Origin: a virus
Taxonomy: Duplodnaviria; Heunggongvirae; Uroviricota; Caudoviricetes
Reading direction: 5' to 3' (one strand)
Virus record (IMG/VR): IMGVR_UViG_3300021400_000113
Location: 104,932-166,678 of that record
Length of the DNA stretch: 61,747 nucleotides
The notes under the pieces were generated by a model, which saw only the letters and a program-made list of their open reading frames with translations, searched no databases and was not told where the DNA came from. A program made the translations under genes and the position numbers. Below are positions 24,101 to 38,737 of this stretch, one piece after another (within the stretch, counting starts at the first letter, position 1; every line of letters starts with the position of its first letter).

Positions 24101-27100
24101 TTCCAATCTGTATATTGCGTTCCATTGGCTTCAAAACTGACTTCACCATTAGCATTACTTTTAACTTCAACCTCAATATTTTGGTTATCTAATGTAAATT
24201 TAATTGTTCCAGTAGCTATTTTTTCATCATATTCTATATTTTCTACATGGTAAGCTGCGAGGGCAGAACGGGCTACCGCTTCTTCAAAAGTATCATAACT
24301 AGCACCAGAAGAAGTCGTAAATTTTGTATTTCCTTTATCATCTAATTCTTCAACTATTACCGCACCATGTTTAACATATAGAGTAGTATCTCCCATCGGA
24401 ACAACTAAATCTAAATTAGAGGTATTAGCTATTTGCTGAATAGAACTATATAAATCATCTAAATTATATTCACCAGATTGATACATTTGCCATAAAGAAT
24501 TCATTAAAGAAGATAAAGCTTTGGCATTTTCTTCAGTTACGCCTTCTTCTGCGGTAACAGCATTATGTAACATTTCTCTTAAATTCTATCCATTTAATTT
24601 AACATTACTAATAAATTTACCTATTTCGCTATCTTCCGGTGCCTTTAATAACTCATTATTAATCCATTGCAAAGCTTGTTCATTTTTTATTATCTGATTT
24701 TTTCCTTCTTCCCAATTTACATCAGGAAATAAATCTACTAAATCTATCGTATTATCTCCGTTAGTAATATCTCCAAGCTTTTCCATCGCGACAACGGTTT
24801 CAAGCAATTGAATCATGCCATCAAGCATTTTAATTTGGCCTTTTGCTAAAGATCTTATACCATCTTCAACTCCACCGCTAAAAGCATCTGCACCTTCCTC
24901 AAAGTTTAATTCCATTCCACTAAGCGCAACTTTAATTTCTCCGGTGTCAGTAGCAACCAATGAAGCTGCGCCTTTTTCAATTAAGGCCGCGGCTGCTTCT
25001 AATGAACCATTTAATTTCTATCCGGCAAATTCAATAGGTCCTCCAAGTGCGGCAATATTATTTAATTCAGTAACAATATTATACCAATCTTGATAATCAA
25101 CAAAACCGGATTTAATATTTTCCTCAATTATTTCTCCATTAATATTACGTTTTGTATAAGTTCCTTGGTTTTCAAAAGCGTCATTTAATGTATTAACTGC
25201 CTTTGCCCAATTTTCATAATAGTTAATTGGATTATTCTGACCGCTTGGAATTTTCTTTGACATAAAATTAAATGAATCATCTTCTGTAGTGGAACGTATA
25301 GCAAGAATTTCTTTCGCGAGGGCCAACTCCTAACTATATTGTTGTGCTCTAGCAGGATGTTCCTAATCTTCAATCCATGCAATTCGTGACATTATATCAG
25401 ATATTCCGCTATAATGCTCATTACTTTCTTGTAAAGATTTATTTAATTCATCAAATATTAATTTACCTTGTATAGCATCTATTTGACGAATTGTCCCATA
25501 TAACTAAATAGCAGAATTTTGTGCTAATTTAAATCCTTCAGTAGTCTAAGTAAATTGTAAATTAGTAATTCCAAGAGAAGCAGCCTTATTAATTAGATCT
25601 TCGCGTCCAGTATTATCTAATGTTCCTTTAATACCATTAGTTATAGCTTCGGCATAAGATTTAATTATATTTTGAATCATATCTTGAATTTCAGCAGATA
25701 TTTCAATTCCAGCTTTTTCCGCGGCTACAGTTAATGCTTGCGCTACGCCTATTAAATTCGCGTCTTTATCAAGAGTTAAAATACCTTTTACTAATGAAGC
25801 TCCATAGTTTGATAATTCAACTTGTAAATCATTAAAAGGATTCTAAGCCTCATATACATTTCCCATTTTTCCAGGAATTGTAATAATCTATTTTTGTAAT
25901 TCAGTATATAATTCCGTTAAATTAAGCTAATCTCCGCCTTTTACATTTTCAAGCCCTTTAATTTCTTCTTCAATAGATTTTTCAGTCTATTTATTAAATT
26001 CTATTAAAGAATCATTATAAGTCTTAAATGCAGAAGTGTATTCTTCTGAACCAGGCTGCCAGCCCATTTGTGCCGCAAAGGCAGTAAAATCTGTAAGACG
26101 AATTTTACCTGCACCAATTGACTAATATAAATTAGAATTATTTTTCAGCCATGTTTCTAAATCCCAACCTTGTTGCTTAGCTAAAATTTCTCCCAAGGTT
26201 TCATAAGTCATTCCCATTGCGTCGCCCATCGCGGCAATAGCATCTATGTCTCCTTGTTCCTGCGCTGTTCTTAATTTAGCATAAGCACTGTTTATATCTG
26301 CCTGAGTAGCTCCCGCGACAACTTTCATTTCATCATATAATTTCTAATATGCGTCAACCATGCTGCCAACGGCAGTAATAACTCCAGTAGGATCAATTGT
26401 GAATCCAGCGCTTTCTAATAAAACTTTTTGTTCATCAGAAACAACTGTTCCAATCATTTCTTCATTTAATAAGTCAAATACTGATTGAAGAACATTAACT
26501 CTTGTTTTAAATGCCGCTTCAATATCTTCTTGGGTTGTTTTATCGCCTTTGATTTTTTTAATCTCAGTAATCGCAGCTTCTCCGCCAGCACGAAGTATGC
26601 TGATAGTGTTATCTGCCTGACTCTCTGCCCATTCTTTTATAGCTTCAGGAGTACCAAATATACCATATTGCTAAGAATGAGTTTTATAATAATCTATAAT
26701 AATATTTCTATATTTCTACTAATCTTCTTTTGAATTTGTTGCTAAAATACCAGATACATCAATCTAATCAATAGTAAAAGAATCAATTTGTTTTTGTATC
26801 CAACTATTTATATCTTCTGGCTTTATCGTTCCATTCTTCGCCAATAGTTTTGCCTATGCTTCTAATATAGGTTTCAATGTAGTGGCATCTAATCTCCAAA
26901 CGCCTAAAATTTCATCATAATCAAATTTTGCCCCAGCAAAATCAGACTTGAACTATTCCATTTGAGCTATACTAGTCGTACCACTAGTTGCCATTGAAAG
27001 AATAGACTAAATGTTTTTAATATAAATATCAGATGCTTGATTAACTAAATCATTAAAGACGTTTCCTAAAAGTTCTAATAAAACAGCAATATTAACTTTA

Positions 27101-30100
27101 AATGTGCCATCCGCCTGTTTTTTAGATAAAGCAGAACTTATATCTACACCCTAATAAGCAGTTTTTAATTCTGCTAACATGTCTTCAGTAACGTGTTCAG
27201 AATTTTCTATTATAGTAGATAAAACTCCATACTTGCGCCCATCTCCAAGCTAATATTCTAATTGTCTTACAAGAGCAGTGAGAGCGTTAATTGCTTCTGG
27301 ACTTGCCCCTTCAGCAGCATATTGTTGAATTAGCTCATTAATTTTGCCAATAGCGTTTATAGTTGGAGTAAATTGCTATGTAAAAGAGTCCCAATTAAAG
27401 CCATAACGCTTCATGCGTCTCTATATTAAATCATCTGTTAAATTATCTATATCCGTTTCTGGATATAAACTCTTTAATAAAGTTCTAGCCTAATCCATAG
27501 AAAAACTAGAAGTAATTACATTCTATAAAGCTTGTTGCTATACTGGCTTTTTACTTTCATATTCCTATTTAACCTATCTAATCCATTGCTAAGAAGCGGG
27601 ATCTTTAAAATCACTAGTCTACAAAGCCATTAATGCCGCTTGCATCTAAAATTCAGATTGAATCTAATAAATTCCATCTACTGCAGAAATTCCTAATTTT
27701 TGTATAATTTCAGTAGGAATTTTATCAACTCGAACTCTTGTTCCAGCTTTAGCCGAAGCTAAAGATTGAAGTTGAGATAAAGCTTGTTTAGAAATATCTT
27801 GTTCATCTAAATTTTTAATCTATAAATCAATGCTTTTAGATAAAAGTTCTTTATAAGCTTCTGAATTGGGATCGAGCGTTAATTCAAGCGCTTTTGCTAA
27901 ACCCTCAGCCGCTTGTATTAAAGAAACTCCTTTTTTTAATTTAAAACCACCTTTTAAATCTTTTTCTAAATAATCTTGAGCTGCTTCTATTAATTCCCCT
28001 GAACCGTCGTCTTTTATTAATTGAGAAACTAAATTTTCTGTAGCAGATATTGTTCCATCTTCAATCTAATTTATTAAAGAAGCAACCTAATCCTACGACT
28101 ATTTAAATTCTAAAAATTTGGCTAAAGCTTCTTGATAATCTTCGTCAGTAGCTTCAGCATCATTTCTAATTGCTTCTACTTCCTCCCAAGCCTCCTAAAG
28201 CATATCCATTGACTCTTCTGCTACTAACTATTGAGTTTCCTTACTCATTATATCAAAAGTTTTTCCAGAAACGATTTCATCTAATGCATTCTAATGCTAT
28301 TTTAAATTTGACTATGCAGCACTCGAAACTGATTTACTTGATAATTTTAAGTCAACGCCATAATTTTTAAGAGTTTGCTAAAAATTTTCTAATTGCCCTT
28401 CTATTAAATAGTCCCATAATTCATTTAATAGCTCCTCATTACTATTTTCGCCAAGCGCTTTCTATAAAGCAGTTCTAACCGCATTAAAATCTGTTTCTGT
28501 ATATGAGCCCGCAGCAAAAATATCATAATTTTGTTTACGTAACCAGTCCACAGCGGCTTCAGAAGTCATCTGCTATGTTTCTTTCGCAGCTTCTTCTTCA
28601 TCATTTATCCATTCAGATACAACTACTTCCCAAAATTCATCAAATGTTTCATAGCCCCCTACTGCTATATCCTACATCATCTAATCATATAGATCTTCTA
28701 ATTCTTCTTGAACATATTCCCCAGGTTGACCTTTTAATACAATCTAACCCGCTATTGTAGCACGCATGGCTTTTCTGGCGTCTTCACTTGCAGTTTCATA
28801 ATTCGGAAAAGTAGCATAATATTCTTTATTTGAATCAATAAATTCTTTTATTGCTTTAGCATTTTTATTCTGTTTGCTTACTTCTTTAAGTCTATTATTA
28901 TTTTCTTTTGTAGTATTACCAATAGCTATTTCTAAAGCTTTTTCAGTGGCTACATATCCGCCCAAATCAGAATTATATTTATATAAATCTCGCCAATTTA
29001 ATTGTGATTTATCGTCCTCTGTATAATTTTTTAATAATTCTTCCGCGGCTTTCATAGCTTCTGACTTAGATAAACTCTTAGTTTGATTATCAAAAGCTTC
29101 TTCTAAAGTTTTTGCAGTATTAATAGTGGTTTCTTTTAACTATTCTAATATTGTAGAAACACTTATACGATAACTATTCGCCGCCTACTTTAAAACCTCA
29201 GCTGCGGAGGTAATATCCACTTCGTTTTCTGAACCTTTTTCTAATTCAACCTTACTTAATTCTTCTGCTGCAGCACGTAAACTTGAAGAATCAGAAAAAT
29301 CTATATTCTTAACAATAGATGCTATTTCTAATTGAACACTATCAGAAACTCCAGCTATTAATTTATAGAATTCAACTAAATTTTCTCCATAAATTCTAGC
29401 ATCAGAAAATAATCCTTTATCTAATAAATTTTTATATTCTGCTAGCCCGGCACGAAGAGAAGGAATTAATTGAGTAATTAAACCAGATTCAGCATTTCCT
29501 TCTTCATTAAAAGAAATGATTTGTTCTACATTTTTTAATTCTTCTAATTCATTTATCTAATTCTCCATTCCTTCTAAAGCGGCATTTCGGATAGCTTCAA
29601 AATTTTCTTTAAAAGCGTCTGCATATTTTTCCCAACCATTAGTTAATATTGATTCAATTGAATAAAAGCTAGAAAATTGTGAATAATCTAAATTCATTAA
29701 TTTATCCGCAGTTGTAGTATCTGATAAAATTAATGTTTCTAAATTATTATATTTATCAGTGTATCCTTCTTTAGTAACAACTTCATCAACTGTATTGAAC
29801 ATACTAGAAATAAATTTTACATATTTCTATAATTTTTGTCCTGAAGATTTAGAGGTTGAAAGTAAATTATTTATTCTATCTTGAACCTTAGCTTCTATAT
29901 CAGAATTTGTTATAGCTTCTTCTATCGTTCCAATCGTTTCCTAATAATTATCAAAAATTCTTTGCACTTTAATACGCATCTATGAAGCTAATTTTATTAA
30001 CTCTTCATAACTATATTTCTCTATTGCTTTATATGGGTCTTCTTCTTCTGAAAGCTTATCAAATTGTTTTAAGAAATCTTTATTTTCATCTATACTAATA

Positions 30101-33100
30101 TAGCTTTTAATTGCCTGTAAAATGGCTTTTCTTACACCTTCCTAGGCGTCAGTTAATACTTCTTCTCCATTATTTACTGCGCTATTATAAAGATTTTTAT
30201 AAAATGTATTTAAATTTTCAGGCTTAGCTTCAACATCTTTTATAATCCAATTATATATAGATTCTTCATCAATTAAACCATTTTTAAGAAGAGGAGCTTC
30301 GAATATATAACCCAATTCTTCATCATATTTTTTAAAATTAAATCCATAGATTTTACTATTTTTAAGGGTATTTTGTCTAAATTCTGTATTTAAATTATTT
30401 CTATAAACTGAATTTATATATTGTTCATATAAGGCATATGCAGGATTAAATTCATATTTTCCAAGTTGATCCCACGACATAGAATATTTTAATGAATCAT
30501 ATAAACTATTGGCAGTTTCTTTTAAATTTATTGTATTTATTTCACTTGACTTAATTTTATCAAACGAAAGAGAAGTAAGAAGCTCTTCTACACTTTGTTT
30601 TCTTGCTTCTAAGACTTCTTTTTCTCCTTTTAAACTTTTCATAGTGGCCTAAGCAGTTGCTAATCTGGCTTCTGCTAATGCCTCTTCCATAGAAGTGACA
30701 TTAATAAGTATATCTCCATTAACACTTATACTATCAATAAACTATGGATAAGAATCTGCTAGCTAATTCATGTATTCCGCATATTCTTTCGCATCTTCAA
30801 CAGAATCATACTAATGTTTCTATAATTCAATTAACTTATTATAAGCCGTTTCTAATGTCTTACTTTCATTTTTTGCTTCGGCCTCTTGCTATTTTGCTTG
30901 TTCTAAACGTTTTTCCGCTAATTCAATCTAACGCGCGGTAGAAACATTTAACATATCAAAAGCAGAAACTAAATTTCCAAAATTAGAAATTACTCCTGTT
31001 AATGCTCCTGCTATTGCTCCAGGTAGTCCCCCTGTTGCCGCCCCAGATAGCGTATTTCCTAATATTCCTGCTCCTGCTCCTCCAAGCATATGCCATCCAG
31101 AAATTCGATCTTCTGTTGGAGTTGTACTAGAACCATATTTACTTAAACTACTAATAGTAAGCGCTGAGCCTGCCGCGGAAAACGCTGCTCCTAAATAACG
31201 TGCAGCGGTTCCTGCAACACTTTTTAATCCTTTAGAGAAAGTTGTACCAGATTGTGCCTGTCTTTCTCCTTCTTGACGTCCTTCTTCGGTAGCTTTTCCA
31301 ATTTCCCTACCTTTTTCTCTAGCACTACTTATAGTCTTTGTTAAAGTTAAATCTAAATGCGCTTTTGCCTTATCAATTCCCGCCGCGATTTCAGAAATAA
31401 TTAAAGATAAAATATTTTTAATTGCCATTACCAAATTCGCTCCAACCGCAATCGCAGTTGTAGGAATTTTGTCAAACATTTTGGGTAAATGATTTGCCGC
31501 ATCAATTACATTAGTAATGGTATCTAAAATATTCTTATATAATTCTTCAATACCCGCACTGGTATAAAATTCTTGGACAGTAACTTTCATACGTTCAATA
31601 CGTGCATCAATAGAATCCAAAGTTTTTAAAGTCTATAATTCTCCAGTACCTTCAGCATTTTCTGCGGTTTCCAATGCTTTCTTATATTCATCAATATTGC
31701 CTACTAACGCTAAGAAACGAGATTGTTGTCTATTGCCCGCCATTAAGGTAGCAATATATCTCTAAGCATTCTTGTCAAGGCCGTTCCACTTTTCTCCTAA
31801 TTCAAGAATAACATCATCAAAATCTCTAAATTGTCCATTAACATCATGTATTTTAATTCCAACAGTTTGCAAGGCTTTATCGACCCTGTTCAAACTCATT
31901 TCTTCGCCTTCACTATCTACTAACTTACTTGGATCACTAGTCATTTCACCATAACGAGAAATAACAGATTTCAAAGCAGTACCAATATTAGTAGCAGATT
32001 CACGAGTAGTAGCGATCATAGTTGCCATCATAGCAGTTGTAGCTTCAAAACTAGAACCCACCGCTTCAGCAGAAGAAGCCGTTTTACTAATAGCAACTGC
32101 TAATTCTTCTGTGCTGGAAGCAGTTGTAGCCGCTAAGGCACTATAGACGTCAGTTACATGTGCCGCATCAGACATTTCTAATTTAAAACCACGAATAGCA
32201 GTTGTCATGTAGTCTGCCGCAGTAGCATAATCTAATCCGGCAATACGTGCCATTTTTAAAGTCTCAGTAGTTAAAATCATTGTATCATTTTGATTTAAAC
32301 CCTATTGATAATAAATCTGAGATACTTCATATACACCTTTAATAGCAACACCATATTGACGAGCAATTTGACTATATTTACCAATTTGTCCCCATAAATC
32401 TTCCTAAGACATATTGGTAACAACTGCAATTTGAGTCATTACACTATCAAGTTCTTGAATATGCTGGCGCATTTCCTGGACCGCGCGTTTAGTTAAATTT
32501 AAGACTTGATAAAAACCCATCCAATGCTTTACCGCAGACTGAACATTTGTTAAAGCTTTTTGTTTGGATTCAATATTCGCTAATCCTTCCGCATATTGTC
32601 TAATAGATTCTTTTGCTTTATCCGCGGAGTCTCCTTCCTATTCAAATACCTAACCGACTCCTCCATGAATTAATTGAAGACGTTCTGCGACAACCTAAGC
32701 AATGATTTGGCTTAACTCTTCATATTTTGATTTTTTTCCTTCTAAGCTTGCTTCTTCTTGTGCTCCAGTTTGCGCGACGATATTTCTAACTTCTCCTAAT
32801 TGCAGCAAAGCCGCACTTAGCTACTATAATTTTTCCTACTATTCTGCGGGATCTATATTCTAAAAAGAATTTAAAACCTAAGATACAACGGTATTAATGG
32901 CAGAACTTAATTCAGTATTTCTAAATGTCTTGGGATCAATTTTAATAATATCATTTAAATTAATATTATATTTTGCAAAAATTTCAGTAATACTGTCTTT
33001 AAATCCTTTTACATCAGTAATAACGTCTTTTCCTTCTATATTGTCAAATACTTGCTTTAATTTTAATTTCATGCTTTCTTTGACTTTATCAACGTCTAAA

Positions 33101-34194
33101 GTTTCTATGTTTTCTGTTAATTGAGTAATTAAATCAGTTAAATATTGACTAATACCCCGTCCACTTGAATAAAGCTTGCTGTCTCCGTCAATGAACTCAA
33201 TATCTTTAAATTTTTCCTACATCTATTTAACTATATCTAATTTCTTTTGCCAATTTACAGTTTCTCCTTCACTATTTTTATTTTTATCTCTAAGAGTAAT
33301 TAATTCATTTATTGCATTCTATAATTCATTCTTTTTATTTTCTAAATTCTATTTAATTTGATCAGTAGACTTATTTATTTCTTCCATCTACCCTTCTAAA
33401 ACTTTTGATACATTTTTATTAACAGAAACTTGTAATCCCAAATTAGTATTTGGAGTTAAATTAAATTCCTTTGTATATAATTCCGTAATAGCCTTACGAG
33501 CTTTCTCTGCTCCACTTGTAGTTAATACTTTTGAAGTAATATCTTTTGAAGAAATCGTAGAATTTAATTCATTAATAATAGAATCTTTATTTAATTTTCC
33601 ATTATTAACTATCGCTTCCATAGACTTAATTTTATTAGAAGTTTTATCAATTTCTTCCTAAGTCTTTTGCATCGCCGCATCAATTTTCTAAGTAAAAGAC
33701 TAGAAAGTTGTTTTAGATAAATCTACAGAAATGTCATTAGCTACTTGACGTACTTTCTATATTGAAGCAACTGAGCTATCTTCAAATAATTTGCCCACTT
33801 TCCCGCTCTAAATCTATCTTATCTCTCCTTGTAACGCTTCCATTTCAGTTCTAATTTGCGTAATTCTCTGTTGAGTTTCTTCAGGAAATAATAAATCACT
33901 TTCTTTAAGATAATCAAACATTCCACCGGCAGAAGAAATTTGATTAAAAACTTTATTTAAATCCGATAAGAATTTTTTAGAACCACTAGAAGTCTAAAAT
34001 GCTTGCCCCATATTGGTTTTTAAATCATTGGCCTATTTTAGGGCGCGATCAAGCATAGAATTTATAGTTTTAAATGAAGTACTATCTACCTTTACTCCTT
34101 CTTGTAACTATTTTTTTAAATTATTAATCTAATTGACCGCAGAATCCAAACTTAATAGAACTGGGACCTATAAAGATTCACTTGCATTATTCAT
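21157..34194 (-). CDS. tape measure protein (~4345 aa, TAG-recoded)
   Basis: 14 track fragments from 33388 to 21157 all lie in frame with the ATG at 34194; TP901-like core (MARIAGLDYATAADYMTTAIRGF..AHVTDVY); C-terminal GELGPELV and YDHGG..LHADEGVL motifs. Confidence 0.88.
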
Positions 34195-34220
34195 ACTTTT
34201 TCACCTCTCCTTTCACACCT

Positions 34221-34260
34221 AATAAAAAAAGAGCCACTCTCCTACTTGAGGAAAGTGGCT
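34221..34260 (-). terminator. probable terminator before the tape measure gene
   Basis: AGCCACT...AGTGGCT hairpin followed by a T-run on the minus strand. Confidence 0.5.
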
Positions 34261-35150
34261 TAAATATCACCGTCTTCATCACTATTAAGACGCGTAATCT
34301 CCAAAATCAAACTCTTTTTATTTCCACCAACGTTTTCCGGCAAACCAATAATATTGAATGTGGATACCGCTGGATCTGCCCTTTCTCCCAAGCGTAAGTT
34401 TATATCACTCACAACTCTCACTTTCGGCATATAAATTAAATTAGTATAATTATAGCCTTCATTTTCATCCTTGGAGTAAAACTTACCCTCAAGAGTGAAT
34501 AATCCATTAAAGCGTTCTTTCTACACTGTATATATTAACGCTTTATCTCCATATTCATAGTAGTAATCTACCAGATATTCTTTATTAATATCCGCTGGTC
34601 TAGTTAATTCTTTGTCCTCATAAAGTGCGATACAGACTCTATTTAATGGGTTTTCTACATTTAAAATTTTCCCATAAATTTTTCTCTAAGCTACGTCTCG
34701 CTAATATTCAAAAATAAAAACTTTATGAGTTCTATTTATAATAGGCATATGCTATATATAAATAATATTATCATATGTTATATCATCAATAACTTTAGTT
34801 TCTAACTCAAAAGGACCTTCTCGCTTAGAAACAAGTAAAGGTTCTTCCTATTGTTCTCCACTAGTAACATTAGCACTTAATAAAATGCCCATACTAATAG
34901 AGGACATAACCCCTTCAGAAAACTAAAAAGAAACCTCAGATCTATCTTCCCAAATGACACGCGGTAAATTAGCCCAACCTCCGCGCGCCATTATAGGCGC
35001 ATCACGCTCGGAAAGAACAGACATTTTTATATTTTCAAAATATAAAACGGGTTCTCCTTCTTCTATATATCTATTTCCAAACCGCATAGGAACTTTTGCT
35101 TTTAATGAAACCTCATATAATTCTTTTATGCCAAAATATTGATCAATCAT
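34260..35150 (-). CDS. second tail-tube-like protein (296 aa, TAG-recoded)
   Basis: Starts MIDQYFGIKELYEV..GGWANLPRVIWE, resembling the major tail protein (IFDKYGIKEVANV..GGWGNPRLVQWD); with TAG=Q it ends at TAA 34260. Confidence 0.7.
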
Positions 35151-35167
35151 GCGGTTTCACCTCATAC

Positions 35168-35205
35168 AAAAAAATTGGTCTAGAGATATTAAATCTCTAG
35201 ACCAA
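35168..35205 (-). terminator. intrinsic terminator after the major tail gene
   Basis: TTGGTCTAGAGAT-attaa-ATCTCTAGACCAA plus T-run on the minus strand. Confidence 0.8.
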
Positions 35206-35222
35206 CATATATTAATTATTTA

Positions 35223-36218
35223 TTAGCCCGCTGAACCGCTGCCAATTGAACCATAGTCATTACCACTATTATCTTCTGAACTAGAACCAATATTGTAACG
35301 AACTAGCTTCATCATTTCATTCTGTCCTTCATCGTTAGTAGAACGTAATACGTTTAGCTGCATTTCAAAGGTAGAAGGATCACCTTCGGCTTCTAGAGTA
35401 ATAGTAACCTCAGAAAGAACCTTAGCCTTATTGATAACAAACTGGAATGGTTCATCCTTACCAGTTTTTTCAGAACGCATGAAAGTATCTCCTACAACTT
35501 TATAGGTGCCAGGGAAGGTATCAGGAGAAATTGTTACTTCAATTGCGGTTTCATTACCAGCATCATTTTCTATAACCTCTTCCCAGAAAATACGAACGTG
35601 ATCGCCCTGAGCGGTAGCAACACTCTTATTAGTGGTTACAGGTTCCGCACCGGAAGTATCAGTTTCAGTACCAATCATTGAAGGATTTACAAAATTAATA
35701 GCTTTTGTACCATCAATAGAGACGGCGGCACCAGTAGCACTAGAAACAACTAACTGAGTACGAGCGCCAGTTGTTAAGTTAATTAAACGAATTGGATGAC
35801 CATACTTAGCAGTAGGAGTTAATTCTACATTTGTTAAGTGATCTTTGGGCTTTGGCACAACACCATTAGCACCACATACAACTTCTTCAGTATGACGTAC
35901 AATTACGGGAGCGGTTGCGGTAGGACGCTTAATAGCACCACCAAGCATGAAACGTAGAGATTCTAGTGACATTAGAGCATCTTCTAGGGTAATATTAATT
36001 TCCTTACCATAGTCCCATTGTACTAGACGAGGATTGCCCCAACCACCTTGCGCGGCGGTATTTTCAGCAGTAGTTTCAATAGTAGAAACCTTTAGAGTAT
36101 CAAGGAATAGAACGATATCGCCTTTATAAACACCAGCGGCTAGATCGTCATCTAGTGCTTCAAAGTATACGTTAGCAACTTCCTTAATGCCATATTTATC
36201 AAAAATATTTACAGCCAT
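35223..36218 (-). CDS. major tail (tube) protein
   Basis: 331 aa, no TAG; GGAGG RBS; FPGTYKVVGDT..EAEGDPSTFEM; position upstream of the tape measure gene. Confidence 0.75.
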   Translation of the reverse strand: MAVNIFDKYGIKEVANVYFEALDDDLAAGVYKGDIVLFLDTLKVSTIETTAENTAAQGGWGNPRLVQWDYGKEINITLEDALMSLESLRFMLGGAIKRPTATAPVIVRHTEEVVCGANGVVPKPKDHLTNVELTPTAKYGHPIRLINLTTGARTQLVVSSATGAAVSIDGTKAINFVNPSMIGTETDTSGAEPVTTNKSVATAQGDHVRIFWEEVIENDAGNETAIEVTISPDTFPGTYKVVGDTFMRSEKTGKDEPFQFVINKAKVLSEVTITLEAEGDPSTFEMQLNVLRSTNDEGQNEMMKLVRYNIGSSSEDNSGNDYGSIGSGSAG

Positions 36219-36239
36219 AATAAGTTACCTCCTATTTAA

Positions 36240-37019
36240 TCATGATTTTTCAGAGTTAGCAATGGATCGCATCCAATGCTTCAATTGAGATTTTTTAAGT
36301 TTTGCCCCAGCCATTGCGGCCTGATTGTTTATATTAAACTGATCACGCCATCCCATGCGTTTGAGCTGGTCATGAAAAGCATAATAAGTAATGTTCCAAA
36401 TATTTTCCATATTAAGACCACAGTTATTAATAGTAATACTCCCAATAAGATCAGATAGTTTTAAATCACTTTTTTCGCGCGCGGCCTATTTAGCTTTTGC
36501 GCGGCGAACTTTTTCGCGGTTTGCACGCATTTGCATTTTCAATTTCTTAGTTGCGGGCGGGTCATCTTCATTAATAATAATTTCTTCACCCTCAACCTCA
36601 AGAAAATACATTCGACGCAAAATCTACTATAACTCATAGAACTTGCCTTCGTTGATTATGTGCTATTCTTTTAGCGGACCTATAATAATCTGTTCCTACT
36701 CAGGTAAAAACATTATATTTTCATGAGTAAAAAACTAAAATGCCGCTTTCATTGTTAAATTAACTTCTGAATCAAAAGAAGTTATCATTAACACATACTA
36801 GAAGTCTGTTAATTGCTCCATCAACTATTTAAATTCACTATCTTCTCCCGGTTTGGGAATTGGTTTTTCTATAGTCATAACATTTAAATATTTCTAAAAA
36901 GTATCATATCCTAAATCAACTATTTCTCCCATTGTAGCTGGATAAATCGCACAAATGTCATCTAATAAAATTGGGGAACCTTTTTGAAATTTTAAAATTT
37001 CATTATCAGTTAAATTCAT
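36240..37019 (-). CDS. hypothetical tail-assembly protein (259 aa, TAG-recoded)
   Basis: Continuous frame with TAG=Q, including TAG TAG; MNLTDNEILKFQKG...; ends TGA. Confidence 0.7.
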
Positions 37020-37509
37020 TGATTTTATAGTACATAGAATAACCGCCAAGCCAAGGAGTTAAAGTGAGGGTATCCGCGCGATAAAACTACAATGTTCCGA
37101 TTCCTGCCATTTTTGCCTCATTAAACATCGTATCAATTTCCTGCATAATAAGATAAGGACGTAATGAGTTTTCATTTAAAACCCACTCATCATATGGACA
37201 AGCAATATCAAATCGTACAGTTGATACTTTAAACTCCTAATTTAATTGATTAACTACAAAGTTATCAAATACAGCGATTACATACGACATTTTCTCCGTA
37301 CTATCATCAAATACTTTTGGCACTATTAAAATCTATTTATGAATCAAGTCAGTGCCATCGACATTTGGCTATTTTTCATTTACCTATAAGGGGTCTTTAG
37401 TTTGATATTTTAATAATCTACATAATTTAGAATTTGACATTAATTTATTAGCAATCCTAAACGTATTTTCGCCCATTACAGCAAATCTTCTTTGTGTTGG
37501 TTCTGCCAT
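37006..37509 (-). CDS. tail terminator/neck-like protein (167 aa, TAG-recoded)
   Basis: GAGG RBS; MAEPTQRRFAV...RFDIACPYDEWVL..LRPYLIMQEID; ends TGA. Confidence 0.7.
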
Positions 37510-37519
37510 AATCCTCACC

Positions 37520-38737
37520 TCACCATAATGGAACTATACGAATAGTTTTTGTATAAATTTGATTACCATAACTCGCTATTAATTCTACCATTCCTAATTT
37601 ATTATTATTATTAGCATGTACAGTACAACTATTATTTATTGTATTTGTAATAGTAGCGAGAGAGGTATCATTTATTGTAAATGATATATTAGATGTAATA
37701 ATACTATCATCATTGGTACTACATAACATATAAATCTATTCACGATCTAGACGTATTTTATCATTGCCCTTAATATAACAAGAAAATTCAGTTTCTTCAC
37801 TACCAACTTTAATATGAATAATTAATGGTTCCTACTCAATATCGTCGCAATCTAATAACTTAATGGCAATATCTGTTTCTCCGTTTCCTACCGCGGTTAA
37901 AACATTATTTTTTAATCTTGCGACTTCCTTATTCAATGAAGTATATTCAACTCTCATATTAACTGGGATGCCATTTTTCATAATCGTATAAATAGGTTCA
38001 ATAGGTTCATTAATATTAAATACCTAAATTGTTTCTGGTAGAGCCAATGTATATATAGCCCGCTTATCAGTATCTGCAATACCATTTGGTACATCGTCAT
38101 ATACCATATTAATTTTATTTTCAGTTAAAGATAAATAGATTGTTCCAGGAACACTAGTATGATCGTATTCAATTACCTGCCAAGATTCTTCTTCAATAAT
38201 AAAATTTGTCGCACGGTCTATTACACGCCGCGGCATTAGAATCTCTGCATATTTATTTGGCTAAGGAGTAATCAAAGCATTCCAAGTTCTGTAATTACCT
38301 TTAATTTTTGAATCCAATGAACTTACAACATAAGCCCAAGAAGATTGTAAATGCCCAAGGGCATCTATCCATTTTAATAAATAATTACATCTTATAATAG
38401 AAAATGTACGATAAGTTCCATTAACCTTCTTTTCTTCTGAAAATAATAACCATTTTTCTATCGTAGCATCTTCTTGTTCCCAGTTCATTATATCTCCAAC
38501 CTAAAGAGGAATACTATTGCTTACATTTAAAAACATAATTTTCTAATATTCCTTATCTTTATTTGTTAAAATTATTCCATTAAAATATAAACCGCGTTCA
38601 ATAGAAAGATCTTGTATAGTATGTGGAGATTCTGCTAGCCATTTTTCAAATGAACGAATTCCTCCATTTCTAATACGTTCCGCAGTTGTCTGCCCTAAAT
38701 GATTTACGCGCGAATGATATACTTCAAGATAGTTCAT
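37520..38737 (-). CDS. head-closure/neck-like protein with C-terminal Ig-like region (405 aa, TAG-recoded)
   Basis: Track fragments 38543, 38261, 38024 and 37520 share one frame separated by TAG. Confidence 0.7.
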
